From the IMG/VR virus record IMGVR_UViG_3300045988_125278: a stretch of 64,000 nucleotides of DNA. One strand, given 5' to 3'. Below are positions 11,253 through 20,685 of this stretch, one piece after another; position 1 is the stretch's first letter; the number at the start of each line of letters is the position of its first letter. Position numbers and translations under genes: made by a program. Origin of the DNA: a virus. A model generated the notes under the pieces. That model did no database searches, was not told the origin of the DNA, and saw only the letters and a program-made list of their open reading frames with translations.

Positions 11253-12310
11253 CCCGGCACCCTTTTATTAGGGTCGAATATATATTTTACATCGTGATCT
11301 CGGATGCCTTTTTTGATTTCATTCTCGACATCCTGCAATGAAAAATCAGGTAATTCACGGATATACAATGGACTATCTTTAAGAATTTTCGCGGCTTCTA
11401 TTACTCGTTCTTTTTCATTTCCTTGATATTCATTATAAATAATATGTTCTTCATTTACGTTAGAAAGAAAAGCAAGCATCATTGTTTGAATTTCATTTTT
11501 ATCTTGCTCTGTAGTTATATATAATACTGGTTCTTGGATTCCGTTTTTAATCCAACTTCCAAAAGTATCATCATATATTTTATTACAAGCAATATAACAC
11601 GAATCCGCAATCATAGAACGAGTTTTACCTACACCGGTGGCCGCGGAGCGCAAATAAAACTTTTTAAGTCTCGCACCACGAGTAACTGTATTAATTAATG
11701 GCCCATATAGAGGACTTCCTGCTATTGGATGTTGCTCTAAATCATCAAGCAATTCAAAAATTCCATCACCTGCTTGAACCGCAACTCCCTCAACATCATT
11801 TACATATTCATATTTAATTTGTTCTATGCGGTCATCAATTAATTGTGCGATATGCTCTAATGAAGAATTATCAAGATTATCTTCTTGTAATTGTTTTTTT
11901 TCAGTATCTAAAATATTATCAGGATCATAAATAAAAGAAACATCAATGCCATATCTGTCATAAGCACGAAGTAGAGACATTTTTTTTAAACGACCATAAT
12001 AATAATCAAATGACAAAGGTTTCGCATTTTCAGAAACTTTTAATAACCATTCTTCACCTTTATTAACTTTAAATGTGGCTTCATATTTAGGTCGAGAAGA
12101 AAGAAAATCACTAATATTTTCTAAAGTAATTTTCTAAGCTCCTAATTCATGAATTTTATATATTGCTCCAAAAACAATTCTATGAAATTCATCAGCAAAA
12201 TCTTCATCAGTTATTGTATATCTATCAGTAAAATCCAAAAGCTAAGGAGTATTATATACACACCCTATAATTTGTGTAATCGCTGTTGGGTCTACATATT
12301 TACTCGGCAT
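11249..12310 (-). CDS. DnaB-like replicative helicase, 5' exon (2 in-frame TAGs near the N-terminus)
   Basis: Walker A RSAATGVGKTRSM; N-terminus MPSKYVDP... reached by reading through TAGs; reading frame ends in intron sequence at 11249. Confidence 0.7.
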
Positions 12311-12320
12311 TTAAGTCCTC

Positions 12321-12890
12321 CTATTCATCTAAAAATGTAAAAACTGATCTTTTTCGAGGTTCTTTTTTAGGAATAGGAATTTTTATTTCCTTTAATTTAG
12401 GAACGTAATCAATAACATTTTTATCTTTATTGGATTGTTGAATCATCCAAAGATTATAATAATAATTGTAAGCGTCTTTATAAATAAAAGGTATAATACC
12501 AATTCCACCATTAGCTTTATTTTTATTATTTCCTTTAACCTCATAAAAATAAACTAAGGCTTTTAACATTCCAGAATATGTATATTGATATTCTCTGATA
12601 TAATCATTCATTTGCTTGCGGACGCGAGCATTAATATATGATTCTCCCAATAAATTTTTTACATATTCTTCAAATTTTTCTTTATCTAAATCTTCTTTTG
12701 TTTTTACTTTTTCGGGCGGATTATGAACTTGTAAAGGAGTGTCTTCATTTTCAGCCTATTTAGCACATTCAGGGTGCGCATATCTTCGAGATTTTATTTG
12801 AACATAAGGAAACTTATCTCTATCAAAAGTCTGCTGACAATAAATACATTTAACTTTATGTATATAAATTACTCCTTTCCATTACTTTAT
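12321..12890 (-). CDS. hypothetical Zn-finger protein (one TAG)
   Basis: CIYCQQTFD...YAHPEC; joined to ORF 12321-12650 through TAG. Confidence 0.4.
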
Positions 12891-12896
12891 ATAAAT

Positions 12897-12925
12897 ATTA
12901 TACAATATTTTTAAATAAAAGTCAA
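12897..12925 (-). promoter_or_regulatory. promoter TTGACT-N17-TATAAT
   Basis: consensus hexamers, 17-nt spacer. Confidence 0.5.
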
Positions 12926-12952
12926 ACCGGAGCGACTTTTATCACTCCGGTT
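12925..12952 (-). terminator. hairpin terminator after AAA_24 ATPase gene
   Basis: ccggagcga...tcactccgg. Confidence 0.5.
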
Positions 12953-12968
12953 ATAAATTATATTTTAT

Positions 12969-13964
12969 TTACTTATTTTCCATTTGAGGAAGAAGATCAT
13001 CTTTAATTTCACCAACAATTAAAGATACAAATTCTGCCTGTTCGGGAGTGGCGTCAGAAATTTTCTTACCTTTGCCCAAATATTTATCAATAATTTGAGT
13101 GATACGAGGACCAAAGAATCCAGGATTCTTATTCATCATATCTCCAGCAAGATTTTGGAATTCAGCCATAAGTGCTTCATAATCATAACTAGGAGCTTCA
13201 GGAGCAACGACCATCTTTTCATCAGTGACAAATTTACCACCATTGTCAGCCGCTTCCTTATCAATAGCCTCATGAATGGCGTTAATAAGACTATCATAGT
13301 TCATAGGAATTTCGCTCTCAATATACTTAAAACGACCGCCACAGTCGATAAGGTCATTACCAGAACGAAGAGTTAGGACAGACATTTGGCCTGCTGCTTT
13401 TTGATGAGCATACCCGTAAACATCAGCCATACCGGTGATAATAGTGCGAGTGGATTGAGAAAGATTTGGTCTTACTGCCACAACCTCAGTGCCATCAGGA
13501 CGAGTTACAGTTTGTTCTTTTTCATGTCCGATAAAGAAAACAGCATATCCAAGACGAGTTAAACCTCTAAAGACTTCATTAAATTCATCTTTAAACTTAG
13601 ACCAGCCCTTACCATAACCAAGATCTCCAAGAGATTCAATTTGATTTTGATTACAAATATATTTCTCACAATACTTAGCAGCTTCGTCAATAGTATCTAC
13701 AATAATAGCATTATACATTGCCTTTACTTCTGGACGCTTCAAATCACGATAGACTTGCTTCATTTCTGCCCAAGAAGTAATGTCCGCGGCCATAACACCG
13801 GGAAGGCAGTTATAACCTTGCTCAAAAGCTAAAAGCAAAGAATTCGGCATTTGAGTCGCCAAAGTAGTCTTACCTGTCTTGGGCTTGCCATAAATAAAAG
13901 TAATATAACCAGAAAGATCTTTACTTACCTTATGAGGTTGAATTTTAGTTAAATCAATAGCCAT
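12969..13964 (-). CDS. AAA_24/Sak4-like RecA-fold ATPase
   Basis: ITFIYGKPKTGKTTLA Walker A near the N-terminus. Confidence 0.55.
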   Translation of the reverse strand: MAIDLTKIQPHKVSKDLSGYITFIYGKPKTGKTTLATQMPNSLLLAFEQGYNCLPGVMAADITSWAEMKQVYRDLKRPEVKAMYNAIIVDTIDEAAKYCEKYICNQNQIESLGDLGYGKGWSKFKDEFNEVFRGLTRLGYAVFFIGHEKEQTVTRPDGTEVVAVRPNLSQSTRTIITGMADVYGYAHQKAAGQMSVLTLRSGNDLIDCGGRFKYIESEIPMNYDSLINAIHEAIDKEAADNGGKFVTDEKMVVAPEAPSYDYEALMAEFQNLAGDMMNKNPGFFGPRITQIIDKYLGKGKKISDATPEQAEFVSLIVGEIKDDLLPQMENK

Positions 13965-14062
13965 TATGTTATTTCTCCTTATTTGTTTTAATTATTATCT
14001 CTTTAAGTATTTCTTCTAAATTCAGTATATTACAAAAATCATCATATAAATTAACTTTAGCG

Positions 14063-14091
14063 CGATGACCTCTTATTGTGAGGTCATCGCT
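14063..14091 (-). terminator. hairpin terminator
   Basis: gcgatgacctc-ttattgt-gaggtcatcgc. Confidence 0.55.
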
Positions 14092-14111
14092 ATTTAATGG
14101 CTAATTCATGA

Positions 14112-15059
14112 TTAGAATTTAAAGCCTTCCGTAGCAGTTGATGCAACAGTAGTAGCAGTAGTGGCATTCTGCTTAGAAGCTTTATATTCATCTTGACGCT
14201 GCTTCAAAGTAGCAAGATAAGTCTCACGTGCGGCCATAGCTTCAGTAAGCTCTTTTGCAGTGATAGAACTTTCATCATCCCAAACATAAGGCTCCTTTGC
14301 GCCACCGGTAATGACAAAATCCTTACGAGTGCTCTGAACTTCACGAACATTATCGTCACCGAACGCAGACTCTTCACGAATCTCGCGCTTAATTACTTCA
14401 GATACCTGACGACCCCAAAGCTTTGTGAATACAGGCTCAGAAGGAGAAGCTCCAAGACCCTCATAATAAGCCATAGCTCCAGGATTAGTGGCTGTAAACT
14501 CAACAGGAAGTAAAGACTTGCGGAAATCAAAAATTGCTCCCTTAACAATTACCTTTTCAGGGATATTATGCTCTTCATCAGCATCAACATGAGTCACATT
14601 GGTGATAATCATATCACACTTAAAAGTATTGCGCTGCTTTTCATCATCAATAAGAGTGGTAGTAGTATGAACAAATCCGCCCTCATTGCGCTTAGTGCTT
14701 ACAAGCTCTTCCTTGCCGTTACGATCAGAATAAAATTCATTAAGACCAATTGCGGAATCTACACGAAGCTTAGCAGCTTTATCTTCTCCATCAGCCATAT
14801 AATTACCGATTGTACCATCAATAATATTCTGAAGAATACTATATGTAGCATTAGGAGTGCCCTTAGTAGTAGTTTGAGTTACATAAGTAAAATGAACCTG
14901 GACGATATTAGTAAGAGCATTATCAGTAGCAATACTAATAGTACCAGAAATAAAAGGAGTGCCGGGGTTCTTAGAATTTGGTCCGGTTACCTTATTTTCC
15001 AAAGCATGTTCGTACAAGATACCTTCAATATGAGTAGTATTTTCCATTACTTTCTTCAT
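14112..15059 (-). CDS. hypothetical protein, possibly ssDNA-binding; higher GC, TAG-free
   Basis: ORF with acidic/aromatic C-terminal tail; hairpin terminator at 14063-14091. Confidence 0.35.
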   Translation of the reverse strand: MKKVMENTTHIEGILYEHALENKVTGPNSKNPGTPFISGTISIATDNALTNIVQVHFTYVTQTTTKGTPNATYSILQNIIDGTIGNYMADGEDKAAKLRVDSAIGLNEFYSDRNGKEELVSTKRNEGGFVHTTTTLIDDEKQRNTFKCDMIITNVTHVDADEEHNIPEKVIVKGAIFDFRKSLLPVEFTATNPGAMAYYEGLGASPSEPVFTKLWGRQVSEVIKREIREESAFGDDNVREVQSTRKDFVITGGAKEPYVWDDESSITAKELTEAMAARETYLATLKQRQDEYKASKQNATTATTVASTATEGFKF

Positions 15060-15073
15060 AAATAAATTTCTCC

Positions 15074-15451
15074 TTAATTAAATAAATTCAATAAATTAAT
15101 ATTTTTTCCTTTTTCTGTTAAAGTATAAATAATTGGATCTTGACTAACTTTTTCTACGAAACCATCAGATACTAATTTGCGCATGGAACCCGCAACTCCA
15201 CGGCTAGACACACCGAGATATTCGGCAATTTCTCTTGATTTAACAAGAGGAATATCTTTATTATTATCTTGCATCCATTTAATAATGGCTTTTCCGCCCT
15301 CAGTAAATAGAGGCTTTTCAGTTTCTTCTTTAGCTTTTAACGCTTCCCAATAGATACTAGCATCTTCACTCATTACTACTGGATAGCGGTTTTCATTAGT
15401 GGCAACAATTAATTCTTCAACATAATCAATAAATGCTTGTTTCTTACTCAT
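15074..15451 (-). CDS. winged-helix/MarR-like DNA-binding protein
   Basis: SREIAEYLGVSSRGVAGSMRKLVSDGFV HTH; promoter at 15490-15518. Confidence 0.45.
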   Translation of the reverse strand: MSKKQAFIDYVEELIVATNENRYPVVMSEDASIYWEALKAKEETEKPLFTEGGKAIIKWMQDNNKDIPLVKSREIAEYLGVSSRGVAGSMRKLVSDGFVEKVSQDPIIYTLTEKGKNINLLNLFN

Positions 15452-15489
15452 TTTAAAAAGTTTATAACCTTTCTTTATCTTATATAAAT

Positions 15490-15518
15490 ATTATATAATA
15501 TTTATTTAGAAAAATCAA
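15490..15518 (-). promoter_or_regulatory. promoter TTGATT-N17-TATAAT
   Basis: consensus hexamers, 17-nt spacer. Confidence 0.55.
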
Positions 15519-15537
15519 GTTATGATTAATTTACCAA

Positions 15538-16190
15538 TAGTTCTTCCGCATAAGGAAGAGTTTCAATCCATTTACAGAACTCTCTCCATTCGGGAAGACG
15601 ATGGTTTTTTCTCTAAATATATATGTTTCTTAAACATCTATAATTAGTAGTTAATCTTGCGGTAAGCAAAAATCCAGCAGGATTAGAGTATAGAATTTCA
15701 AGATATTTTTCTTTTCTAATCTCTTCTAACTGCTCAAGCATTTTAATTTTCTCATTTTTATTTTCAGTTTCACAATGCTTAATTCTATCAATAATACTTA
15801 AAAGTTCATTATAAATATCAACTTTCTCACGCATTATCTCAATGATTCTTGGATCAACATATTCATTATATTGTTCATTTAAATCAAATTTAGTAATGCA
15901 ATGCATTGTGGATTGTGAAGATACAAATTCAAGGAATCTATATCTTTCTGCTTCGACCCAAGCCTTATTGGAAAAAGTTAAATCAAAATTAACTCTAATA
16001 CCAGTTAAAAATTGTGCATGAGCCATATTACCACTTTTTGTGGCAGATACAAGATTCTAACATCTTGTCATATCTTTATCATTAATTGGGTGTTGCTCGG
16101 TATCCGTTCTCATTGGATATCCAGAAGCAACCATACTTTCTGGTAAGTCATAGACTCTTACATTACTGACGATTTTATTATTTTTCATAA
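15538..16190 (-). CDS. hypothetical protein (2 TAGs)
   Basis: ORF 15613-16026 extended both ways through TAG (15613, about 16060). Confidence 0.35.
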
Positions 16191-16466
16191 TCAATCCTCA
16201 TTACTTAAAGTATATCCGCTTAGATTATGCCCAAGAGAACGAACAAAACAATCAAGTTCATCAATGAATACCATACTGCCTTTTGGATAATTCCCATTTA
16301 TATAATCATAATATGAAATAAAATTAATTCCAATAATTCCATATCCTTCTGACTTAATTCTCATAGCATCAGGATTAGAACAAGCAATAATAGCATTTTT
16401 CTCTTTGGCTAACAGTATTAATCTACTCGTTTTTCCTGTTCCACGTTTATCAATTATTCTATACAT
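16191..16466 (-). CDS. small P-loop NTPase-like protein
   Basis: DKRGTGKTSRLILLA ... FIDELD. Confidence 0.35.
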   Translation of the reverse strand: MYRIIDKRGTGKTSRLILLAKEKNAIIACSNPDAMRIKSEGYGIIGINFISYYDYINGNYPKGSMVFIDELDCFVRSLGHNLSGYTLSNED

Positions 16467-16468
16467 TA

Positions 16469-16640
16469 TTTTATACTATACCCAAATTCCTTAGCTTTAA
16501 AATAGTCTTGCCAATAATCTTCTCGCATGTCTAACTCTTCACGAGAACATTCTTCTATTACTTCAAAACTAAAATTTTCTACTCCAATAGCTAACATAGC
16601 AGGATAAAGTTTATTGCGCGTGGCAGGTTCTGCACCAATT
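16469..16640 (-). CDS. 3' exon of membrane-anchored coiled-coil GIY-YIG-domain protein (boundary approximate)
   Basis: ...RWKQHIKRG...NKLYPAMLAIGVENFSFEVIEECSREELDMREDYWQDYF is the second half of a GIY-YIG domain; the annotated Met at 16744 lies inside conserved intron RNA also present in copy A. Confidence 0.45.
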
Positions 16641-17897
16641 CCGCGTTTAATATGTTGTTTCCAACGGTCAGCAATATTGCAAATTATTTTATAATTTTGA
16701 CTATCTTTTACTGTTAAAATTTTAACAGGAAACCATTTCGGCATTTAAAGGACTTCATCTCTTAAAATCCTACTACGTATCAATAGTAGCCCTACTCCCC
16801 TGTCCAGAAGACCGAGGGGATAGTCGATACAGGTTCTTTGATTAACGTGCTGGATAATCATAATTTTTTATAAGATATGACTCTCCTTTATTAATTTTAC
16901 TAACTGTATCACGATGTATATTATATTTAATACCAATATCAGACATTGATTTAGAACTATTTCTTAAATCTGATAAAATATTTTTTACTTCTTCAATAGT
17001 AAAATTCTGATTATTCCTAACATTTTTATTTCTAATAGGATAAATATAATTACCATTTTCTTTAAATAAAGTTCCTTGATTAATTGCTCTAATTACCTTT
17101 AAAGGGACTTTATACTTTTGAACTAAATCTGTTTCAATCTATAAATCCCAACGATACAATAAATCTTCCTTTAAATTTAATAATTCCTATTCATTAAGAA
17201 AATAATCTAAAATATTATCTTTTTTCGCAAAATCATGATTATTTTGTCTTAATGGATATGAAAGATTTGGATTAAAATATGTATTTCCTTGAGATATATT
17301 CAAAATAGTATTTTGACTAACTTGATATAAATTAGCAATATCTTTATAAGATAATTTAGTATTATTTATTAACAAATTTATAATTTCATTTAGTTGCTAT
17401 TCATTGAATTTAGAATTACAATTTTCTATTCCTCGTTTGCCAGAAACATTTCCATTTTTTAATATATTATATCCTATTGTTTTATCTGTAGCATTATAAA
17501 AATTAATCCATTTATCTTCTATCTCATCAAGCTATAAAATATCAGAGACCTATTCTAATATTTCAATTGTAGCTTGGTGTTTTTTTAAAGCCTAATCACA
17601 AATTTGAATATTTTTATGATTATGTTCATTGGCTCTAGACTAAATATTTAAAGCCTAACCAATATAAATTTTACCATTATCATAATTAATTTTATAAATA
17701 CCACAAATTTTTAAATTGTCATTAATGTTAGTAATCATTGTTGCTTCCACCGTCCTTCTATATATTTTTAATTTTTATGGAGGATGGATTAATCAAAGTT
17801 TCCCACGGGATTGATTAAAGTTAATTTTCCCCGTTAGCCGGCCATTTCCAAATTTTGGTAATTGACAGACCCCACTGATTAGTGGAAAAGTTTTTCA
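16641..17897 (-). mobile_element. group I intron (family copy B, boundaries approximate) interrupting a GIY-YIG-domain gene
   Basis: Shares 5' and 3' core blocks with copies A and C; separates the GIYKITNLENQMCYVGQA half from the R..H/ENF..E half of one GIY-YIG domain. Confidence 0.55.
16852..17738 (-). mobile_element. intron-encoded GIY-YIG homing endonuclease (about 8 in-frame TAGs)
   Basis: MITNINDNLKICGIYKINYDNGKIYIG(TAG)A...; HTH/NUMOD-like C-terminal repeats. Confidence 0.75.
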
Positions 17898-18710
17898 CCG
17901 GCCAGTATTGACCGCTTGACCCACATAACACATTTGATTTTCTAAATTAGTAATTTTATAAATTCCTGTATGGATTCCTGAGCCAATTACTCGACCAATC
18001 AAATCTGTAGTTGGTTTTTCATAATAGCTTTTCCAAATTACTTTATTTAAAATATCTTTATCACGAAGTCTTGGTTCAATAGAACGAAGAAGACTAATTT
18101 CATCAATATCTATTTGAGGCAACTATAATTTATAGAAATCAGCTTGGTTTTTAATTTCTTCGGCACGCTTTGCAGCATCAACTGCGGCCGCGACTTCTCT
18201 ACTATGTAATTGAATTTCTTCATCTAATTTATTTAATTCTTCTTTTTTAGAATCAATTAAATTAGATAATTCTAAAGAACAATCAACAAGAGTTGATTGA
18301 TATTCATTTTCATATTCTTCTTTAGCTTTTGTATATTTAAATTCTTGTTTATTTAAATCATATTCAAGACGAACGCGAGCATTTTCCATTGATTGTTGAT
18401 AAAAAATGTCCGCTGATTGTTTTGCTTGATTCTATAAAGAATTTAAGCTATTTTCAACTTCGTCTCTCTTGGACTAAAGAATATTTAGATTATTTTCTAC
18501 TTCTTCTTTTCTAGAAGTAATACTTTTTACTGCCGTTGATAATATTGTATACTAATCATCTAAATCTGAATTTTTAGATTCAAGCTCTTTATTTTGTTTT
18601 ACTATTTCTTCATTGAGCTTTTGGATGTTATTTAGTCGTGGACGTAAAATAAAATATATTAAAAATCCACCAACAATAAACGCCAGTATAGCAATTATTA
18701 AAGTAAGCAT
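17895..18710 (-). CDS. 5' exon of membrane-anchored coiled-coil GIY-YIG-domain protein (3 TAGs)
   Basis: N-terminal TM MLTLIIAILAFIVGGFLIYFIL, coiled coil, then ...TGIYKITNLENQMCYVGQAVNTGR followed by TGA inside intron sequence. Confidence 0.45.
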
Positions 18711-18769
18711 AAATACTTAAAAAAGAAGGGGCAGATATTAAATATCTACCCCTTAATAATCTATATTAA

Positions 18770-19039
18770 TTACTCCGCGTCAGGAGCGTCGGGATCAAAG
18801 CTCATGCCAGCGGGAGTGAGAGAGAGGAACTTGACCTGCTTATGAGTGCCATCCTCAAGCTCAACCTCAGCGGGAGTGCGAAGACCGAGACCCTTGCGCT
18901 GAATAGCACTGGTAAAGATACCATCAACAGAACGCTTCTCGAGACCGAGAGCCTCAGCAACATCAGCAGCGGTAACTTCCTGACCGTTAACTTCCTTCAA
19001 ATAATTAAGAACCTTCTTAGAATTTTCCTTCATAGCCAT
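18770..19039 (-). CDS. hypothetical DNA-binding-like small protein; GC-rich, TAG-free
   Basis: ORF with strong promoter TTGACA-N18-TATAAT (19113-19142). Confidence 0.35.
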   Translation of the reverse strand: MAMKENSKKVLNYLKEVNGQEVTAADVAEALGLEKRSVDGIFTSAIQRKGLGLRTPAEVELEDGTHKQVKFLSLTPAGMSFDPDAPDAE

Positions 19040-19130
19040 AATAATAATAATCTCCTTTAAATAATTAAATATTTTTTTTATTTTTTTCTTTTAACCTTTA
19101 GGTTATGTAAATATTATAGTAAAAAATTTT

Positions 19131-19331
19131 TTATTTGTCAAGAATTTTTCCAAGAATTTCTTGAACCATTTCATCAATGGTTGTAATATCATCAAGACTG
19201 TGAACGTGGCTCGAAAGTTCCATAATTTGATTCTGGGCTTTACGAACAGCTTGCGGGTCTTCACTTGTCTGAACGACTAATTCTGCATTAGCAATTTTTT
19301 TTGCGAGATTCTTGAGTTCTTTTGTTTTCAT
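19131..19331 (-). CDS. hypothetical small protein
   Basis: ORF with AAGGAAG RBS and TTGACA-N17-TAAAAT promoter (19365-19393). Confidence 0.35.
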   Translation of the reverse strand: MKTKELKNLAKKIANAELVVQTSEDPQAVRKAQNQIMELSSHVHSLDDITTIDEMVQEILGKILDK

Positions 19332-19364
19332 TTAAAAATTTTCTTCCTTAATTTTTACAAGTTT

Positions 19365-19393
19365 ATTTTACAAAAAATTTTTTTATTTGTCAA
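19365..19393 (-). promoter_or_regulatory. promoter TTGACA-N17-TAAAAT
   Basis: consensus hexamers. Confidence 0.5.
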
Positions 19394-20594
19394 AACATTC
19401 CGCCAAAGTGCAGTCGGTAATGTTCTTATCATCGCGGAATCCTTTAAAAAACCCATGTCTTAAAGTATGGTCTTTGCTATTAATCTCCATACATTGTATA
19501 GAAACTACTCGGTTAAGGTATTTTTTAGGTTCTTTAGCAAAAGCTTCTTTAAGTTCATCGGTTAATCCAGAGGATACCGTTCCAATTTCAATAAGATTTC
19601 CTTTATCATCATAGGCGCCTAACTTCATAGATGTCTTCCATCCATAATAATAGCCTTTGGTAATTGGTTGATAATATTTTTCATTATCTTCTAACAAATT
19701 ACTTCCATTAGCAGGAGGATTCTTTAAATAATTTTTATAAAAATTCCCTTTTACTAATTGGGGTTTCGACCACCCTGCGAAACAATGATCTTCTTCAAAA
19801 CAATTATAAAACATTGGTGTTTTTACTTCCCAATAAGGCCAAGTTGTAATTTCTTTACCATCATAATATTTAGTTGCTCCTTCAAATCCAATACAAATAC
19901 AATCAACATAATCCATCTTTTTAATTTTAATAGAAGACCATGCTGGTCGTTTGTCCGGAACATATGGAGCATCTTTTTTCTTTAAAACCGCACCTTCTTC
20001 ACCCGCGGCAAGGGCGGCCGCAGTAAACTCTTGAATATTATCAAGAACTGCACCTGCAAGTTCCATATAAGAATATTGACTTAAATTAAATTTATCCCAA
20101 ATGGCTTTTAATACCTGATAACGTGTCCAAGCACCCTCATTTTGAATATTAATTCCATTATATTTAATAACATCATGTAAATAATAATGGATTAATCCAC
20201 TGGACTGCTGACGTTTAATCGCTTCAGGTGCTAAACATCCCATAATTTTAGTCACATCTTTAGAAGTTTTACCTGGATAATAAATTTCACCTATTAAAAT
20301 AGTGCCGGAAGGTAAATCTTTGAGTGCTTCATGAATATGAGGGACATTTGCTAACTTTTCAGTTAAAATACCAGTATTTGCACTTACATTACGACTAAAT
20401 AAATAATCATAATGTTCTGTCTTTTCATACTGATACCAATATCCATCTTTTTTCAATTCAGCAAAATATTCACCGCCATTACAAACAACGGGGAAAAGAC
20501 TCTCTTTACCATCGGGCAATTTCCAAATTTTCATCGCTTGGATACAATCTGCTTCTGGAGCATACTTATCAAGCAATTCTTTAGAGAAACTCAT
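19383..20594 (-). CDS. ATP-dependent DNA ligase
   Basis: KxDG motif AELKKDGYW; size and context (between topo II and promoters). Confidence 0.7.
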   Translation of the reverse strand: MSFSKELLDKYAPEADCIQAMKIWKLPDGKESLFPVVCNGGEYFAELKKDGYWYQYEKTEHYDYLFSRNVSANTGILTEKLANVPHIHEALKDLPSGTILIGEIYYPGKTSKDVTKIMGCLAPEAIKRQQSSGLIHYYLHDVIKYNGINIQNEGAWTRYQVLKAIWDKFNLSQYSYMELAGAVLDNIQEFTAAALAAGEEGAVLKKKDAPYVPDKRPAWSSIKIKKMDYVDCICIGFEGATKYYDGKEITTWPYWEVKTPMFYNCFEEDHCFAGWSKPQLVKGNFYKNYLKNPPANGSNLLEDNEKYYQPITKGYYYGWKTSMKLGAYDDKGNLIEIGTVSSGLTDELKEAFAKEPKKYLNRVVSIQCMEINSKDHTLRHGFFKGFRDDKNITDCTLAECFDK

Positions 20595-20623
20595 TGATTT
20601 ATTTCCGTCCTATCTTTAAATAT

Positions 20624-20652
20624 ATTATAGAAAAATTTTTTAAAAAAATCAA
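20624..20652 (-). promoter_or_regulatory. promoter TTGATT-N17-TATAAT for the ligase gene
   Basis: consensus hexamers. Confidence 0.55.
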
Positions 20653-20655
20653 GTA

Positions 20656-20678
20656 AAGGAGGATATAATCCTCCTTTA
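20656..20678 (-). terminator. hairpin terminator after topo A gene
   Basis: aaaggagg-atataat-cctccttt. Confidence 0.55.
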
Positions 20679-20685
20679 TAAGATT

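Noticed and set aside
16727-16744. Met start MPKWFPV for the ORF 16466-16744
   Set aside because: The same nucleotides (AUGCCGAAAUGGUUUCC) occur inside intron copy A (10306-10322), so this is conserved intron RNA (P9 region). The exon starts further downstream (about 16640).
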